From positions 19,682 to 83,681 of the IMG/VR virus record IMGVR_UViG_3300049919_000280: a DNA stretch of 64,000 nt; one strand, written 5' to 3'. The notes under the pieces were generated by a model. The model did not search any database. It had not been told where the DNA came from and was given only the letters and a program-made list of their open reading frames with translations. Source of the stretch: a virus (Duplodnaviria > Heunggongvirae > Uroviricota > Caudoviricetes). Both the position numbers and the translations under genes were made by a program. Below are positions 60,901 to 64,000 of the stretch, piece after piece (position 1 is the first letter of the stretch; each line of letters starts with the position of its first letter).

Positions 60901-63900
60901 CTGGTAGAGGACATGTTCTCCCAGTTCTTCCAGCGATACCAGACCTAGCAGTCGGGTTTGATCCTGCAATCATATATCTCTATGCGACAAGACCTGTCGT
61001 GGGTGTTGTTGTATCAGCAGGTGGCACCAATTATGAATACGCAGACCTATCTGTTGTTGGGGATGGCAGTCGCGCAAAGATTTCTGCCACTCTTGACAAA
61101 CTTGGTTCTGTCGATGCAGTCACGTTTGGTGCCTCTGGAAGAAAATATACCTCAGTGCCTAAAGTTTCAGTCGTTGATCAATCTGAATTTGGTGCGGTGT
61201 CAAAGGTGAGTATAACTGACTATGGTCAGCTGTATCTAAAGTTGCCGCTAGTCTCCCTTCCTGTGACGGTATCAAAATTTGGAGCTAAGCTTGGACTTTA
61301 TTCCAAAACAATTGGTAAGGTTATCGGCACTGAAATGTCATCTTTTGGGTATGGTTGGGATGAGTCTCCTAGCATCCTATTCCCATTCAATGCAATTGTT
61401 TCTTCTACTGCAGGATTTAAGCTCGGTGAGCTTGTAAAACCTGCCAATGCAAAACCAAAACTAATCACATCGAATATTGCTTCCATAGCAGGCAATGGTA
61501 CGACTACCCTCGTCATTACTCTTAAGACACAAACAAATTCTGCGGTGATCGACCAGTCTGTTAGAACTTCATACGACCTTCGTATAAAAGAAGGAGACTT
61601 CGTCACAATCGTTGCCGCCTCTCAGGTTTGGGGTGGTACATGGAAGGTTTCATCTGTTACAAAAACAACCGTCACACTAATTCTAGACGTTGTCGTAGGG
61701 GTTAATCCAGCACTCTCTTTCACAGAAGTTAGGGTAGATTCTGAAAAAGATTACTCCCATGCAAACATCGTATTACTAGATGGTGCAAGAAACATAATGG
61801 GCTTCGCTAATGCTACCGATAATCAGATTATCATCACCGAAAGCGGAGACCCTATCATTTCAGAAACCTCTGCATATATTGGCACTGAGGAGTCTTTCGA
61901 TTTTGGTTACGGAAAGATTGTAGGCACTTCTTCTGGCGCGATTTCTGCCATCCTCAATATCAACAGACCTGCTGGATTGCCTGTTATAGGGTCGGTTGGA
62001 AAGACAGAAAAGAAATTCCAAAACATCATTGGTATGCTATCTGAGAGAAGAGTTCGCCTAAACGATAACGACAAATACATGGATCATGCGTATGTTATTT
62101 CAACTGGCTTGTCGCTTTCTGATTACGAATCTTACCTAAAACGCACGGTGCACCCTGCAGGATATCGTATGCTTGGTGAAGTCGTTATTAATGAGTCAGT
62201 AAACCTACCTGGCCTAACACTACCTGCAATTGATGAAAGCTCTGGTACCGTAATCCTATTGATCTTCACCCTAACACCAGTATCCCTAATCAATGAGATG
62301 CGAAAGGGAGACAACAACATTAGATTGTATGAGACTCGTTTCGACTGGGGTGAAACTCGCATAAGCGATTATGATTCCATGATTGGTGTTAGTTCGATGC
62401 AGATCAAGGATTTCGATTGGAGTGATTATGGTGATACCTCAAAGTACAGACCTATTTTCATGGAAGCATACATCACGAAGAAGGCTGATGTTTATGCAAC
62501 ATATTCTAAAGACAATGGTGTCCTTACAATTACTAGCGATAGTGATGTTAGATTTACTGACCAAGTTGAGTTGCAGGCATACGAGCCAATGAATCTTAAT
62601 TCCAATGCTGTGACATTTTCACGGTCTAGTATTGGCACATATTATGATTCAACTGGTGTTATGCGAGTAACCCCAGTTAACCTTTTGACATACAGTGAGC
62701 AGTTTGATAATGGTGCTTGGACAAAGAATGATTTGACCGTAACAGCGAACTCGCCGATGGTAAAAGCACCAAATGAGGCATACGTCGCAGATAAACTTGT
62801 TGAGAGTGCTACAACCGCTTGGCATTATCTAGGTCGAGCTGGTGTGGCGATCACTACGATTTCATACGGCATGTCGATTTACGCGAAGGCTGGTGAGAGA
62901 ACCGTTCTGCAGATAGTACCTAATGGAAACGCATTCCCAACATCGTATGCCAACTTTGATTTATTAAACGGCACTGTATCTGCTAGTTCAGGGGTCGATT
63001 CCGCCAGCATAGTCAGTATAGGTGATGGGTGGTACAGATGTATCGTTACTGACACCGCAACTACTGCTACATCGGGTTCACCATTCAGCATAACGATGCA
63101 GAATTCGCCAACTGCAGCCAGAGTGGCTACGTATGCAGGGGATGGAGTATCTGGATTGTATATCTGGGGCGCTCAGTTCGAGACCGGTCCAGTTGTCACT
63201 CCATACATAAAAACCGAGGCTGCATCTACTGGCTTGCCTAGATTCGACTACAATCCAAACACCTTTGCTAGTCTTGGTTTGTTTATTGAAGAACCAAGAA
63301 CCAATCTGCTGTTGAATTCCGAAGATTTCAATACGACATGGACTTCATCAAACACCCTCATTGGTGCTAATATCATAGCAGCACCTGATGGTACGATGAC
63401 TGCAGATAAGATTATCCCAACTGCAACTACACCAGACAGTCCTTACTTCACGAAGAGTCAGGTTGTTACAACTGCATCCCTAACCTTCACCGCTTCCATA
63501 TTCTTTAAGGCTGGTGAGTATGGTTATGCTGGCCTGAGATTGGATGATAACGGCTCGGCAAACACATTAACTGCAACGTATAACATATCAGCAGGAACAA
63601 TTTTCGATGCTGCAACTTCGTCTGGTACAGTCACCACCCCTAGTGCCACAATAACTGCTGTTGGTAACGGTTGGTATCGTTGCACCCTGACAGGCACTTG
63701 GGCTGCGATGACAACACTCAGGATTTTTGTTCGTGTTCCTGATGATACAGGCAACCTTGCCTTCACAGGTGATGGTACGAGTGGAATATATGCATGGGGT
63801 GCTCAGGTAGAGGCGGCAGCATTTGCCACGAGTTATATACCTTCGCTTAATGCTTTCACCTCCCGCGCCGCTGCCGGATCGTATTATGATTCAACCGGAG

Positions 63901-64000
63901 TTTTATGTAGCGCAGCAACGAACACAATTAGATATACCTACAACCCATCGAATCTTGGACTAGCACCAAAGATGCTGTTGGAATTGGCGGCAACAAACCT
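57939..64000 (+). CDS. very large structural protein (more than 2020 aa, 3' end beyond the window); gp7-like wedge or tail-fiber protein with internal repeated domains
   Basis: ATG 57939 with the RBS aaggaataaaaATG. No + strand ORF boundary is reported through 64000, and every - strand ORF there is short. Repeated YIWGAQFE / YAWGAQVE modules recur about 215 aa apart. Confidence 0.55.
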   Translation, partial: MAISIKATNSDIVQYQLPEHHQDKAQFIKFLQYYYKWMEEANGSTTFLQNLVETTDIDNADEDTLALVVEQIFGIIPRTTFADKRIIAKHLKTFLQAKGSLPSYEFIMTALFGEEMKMEWMSDYVFKASANSFSQVSKICVESGTSDFSLCLGGRVTQITPRASATIESVSDAAINGISYNIIKIDPKTINGTFIIGKEVRALHRSVDSSKTAVEDYYPKVLWVSSTKTLVVKTNEFKNVRYTSLLIKQLGSTFSGVIDKLAATSTANNTLEFILSSYTGSIGSGDFFIIPPILEGKYYTREDYEYGFVSESLVGVNMTNAGSLATSGGEFNVVGGSGDGARGYISDLGRGSVDSVFVLAKGQGYSVGDQVSVSDHESGGYGFSAEVSAIDGYGAEIVPVMELDDVQIISGGENYQAGESFTLLHPSLVNCTFSVSTVNQTTLRLENVRIGSMGAGYQYAKVALSNNGGAPIAGLAADVILNNGDKIVANTTYALLDTSKMYPDPPLGAIIDIQFTAKPTGLSAVGTHSIKINGYGASATATLSSGVVTGTSALVGGWNYVDPIVMVAGPGQGAVLSLVKNGAGSITSIVVEKGGTGYTTATIVIKERYGSGAVISPVIYTNVSKGTILTKTIVNRGEFYSLPSTFSAVQKNYATPGGNQILNYTTIDPVEPGEGAKFGLTFKVKRLELRNSGKFYKTPSVVEFSGGLGSGFAGNAVLNGATLERIDVVSVGSGYPEDSAITFSGTWSVMPVATVLVSNGKISSIKIINAGSGLTSNLSFTIASPSSTTATATATISGNGQIRSASVQSGGSDYFTVNEYTPLSLSVTGHPNVLLDPILDDVGSLVGANIISGASSNMTSEDAVVVVSGGIINGGSVKTASVTAKMFQGGCVSVDVATSDSGYKYGTRINAVGTGTGAVLVPVVESGVDKTNLYYAGEVGAYPPNKIYQLTVTDANSISTPAQTFVAAIINVTTNSVGQVSNVTIFSSGRGHVLPVLPAIPDLAVGFDPAIIYLYATRPVVGVVVSAGGTNYEYADLSVVGDGSRAKISATLDKLGSVDAVTFGASGRKYTSVPKVSVVDQSEFGAVSKVSITDYGQLYLKLPLVSLPVTVSKFGAKLGLYSKTIGKVIGTEMSSFGYGWDESPSILFPFNAIVSSTAGFKLGELVKPANAKPKLITSNIASIAGNGTTTLVITLKTQTNSAVIDQSVRTSYDLRIKEGDFVTIVAASQVWGGTWKVSSVTKTTVTLILDVVVGVNPALSFTEVRVDSEKDYSHANIVLLDGARNIMGFANATDNQIIITESGDPIISETSAYIGTEESFDFGYGKIVGTSSGAISAILNINRPAGLPVIGSVGKTEKKFQNIIGMLSERRVRLNDNDKYMDHAYVISTGLSLSDYESYLKRTVHPAGYRMLGEVVINESVNLPGLTLPAIDESSGTVILLIFTLTPVSLINEMRKGDNNIRLYETRFDWGETRISDYDSMIGVSSMQIKDFDWSDYGDTSKYRPIFMEAYITKKADVYATYSKDNGVLTITSDSDVRFTDQVELQAYEPMNLNSNAVTFSRSSIGTYYDSTGVMRVTPVNLLTYSEQFDNGAWTKNDLTVTANSPMVKAPNEAYVADKLVESATTAWHYLGRAGVAITTISYGMSIYAKAGERTVLQIVPNGNAFPTSYANFDLLNGTVSASSGVDSASIVSIGDGWYRCIVTDTATTATSGSPFSITMQNSPTAARVATYAGDGVSGLYIWGAQFETGPVVTPYIKTEAASTGLPRFDYNPNTFASLGLFIEEPRTNLLLNSEDFNTTWTSSNTLIGANIIAAPDGTMTADKIIPTATTPDSPYFTKSQVVTTASLTFTASIFFKAGEYGYAGLRLDDNGSANTLTATYNISAGTIFDAATSSGTVTTPSATITAVGNGWYRCTLTGTWAAMTTLRIFVRVPDDTGNLAFTGDGTSGIYAWGAQVEAAAFATSYIPSLNAFTSRAAAGSYYDSTGVLCSAATNTIRYTYNPSNLGLAPKMLLELAATN

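Noticed and set aside
58589-63766. Numerous 60-120 aa minus-strand ORFs inside the giant structural gene
   Set aside because: All lie antisense to a continuous + strand reading frame, and none has start signals.
1-64000. Prophage or integrative element features (integrase, att sites)
   Set aside because: None seen. Gene content and organisation are those of a virulent T4-like phage.

Overview
This window reads as part of a large T4-like myophage genome, not a bacterial chromosome. Evidence: gp32-, gp59-, Dda-, DenV-, gp5-, gp25- and gp6-like proteins; TATAAATA late-promoter motifs; many tiny overlapping early ORFs; a cluster of tRNA genes. All calls were made by eye from the sequence and the ORF track; no tRNA, homology or RNA-structure software was run.

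Bases 1-41800 are an early/accessory region on the + strand. Small genes are densely packed and often translationally coupled through ATGA or TAATG overlaps. Many sit behind one reused promoter cassette: an AATCAACGAGTTA box, then a -35 hexamer (TTGCNT or sigma70-like TTGACT), a TATAAT-like -10, the leader ACATCGAAAC, GGAG, and ATG.

The early region contains five canonical tRNAs (Pro-UGG, Arg-UCU, Asn-GUU, Thr-UGU and one type II tRNA with an odd anticodon loop). It also contains two tRNA-like genes whose anticodon/variable region carries a 25-33 nt insertion.

Five copies of a roughly 45-115 nt element family (core AAGTGGT ... CGGWTACTTC, with GAAA ... TACCG ... TGTTCCC in the full-length copies) cluster around these tRNAs. 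They lie directly upstream of a Ro60/Rsr-like TROVE-vWA protein. One copy has its own TTGACT-N17-TAAAAT promoter and a perfect tRNA T-arm. These are candidate Y-RNA-like or stable small-RNA genes.

The same region holds an unusually complete RNA-repair toolkit: an Rnl1-like and an Rnl2/Rnl5-like RNA ligase, a Pnk-like kinase, a HAD phosphatase, two metallophosphoesterases, a Thg1-like 5'-end repair enzyme, a CYTH protein and putative nucleotidyltransferases.

It also holds an NAD/ADP-ribose module. A truncated Prs homolog sits next to a Nampt-family enzyme (the NARP1-like Adps + Namat arrangement). Alongside these are a macro domain protein, a DUF4326 protein and a nucleoside 2-deoxyribosyltransferase-like protein.

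Other early-region items: a Lar-like cassette bracketed by a perfect 112-bp direct repeat, a four-gene tandem array of small paralogs, and a free-standing GIY-YIG endonuclease on the opposite strand.

Bases 42800-47960 are a minus-strand structural/assembly block. It includes a 748-aa protein with in-frame tandem repeats.

Bases 47985-64000 are baseplate genes on the + strand. They include a gp5-like spike with a C-terminal M15 peptidase, gp25-like and gp6-like proteins, and a structural ORF of more than 2000 aa that runs off the window. An ~800-bp repeat-rich noncoding island with a late-promoter-like motif interrupts this block.
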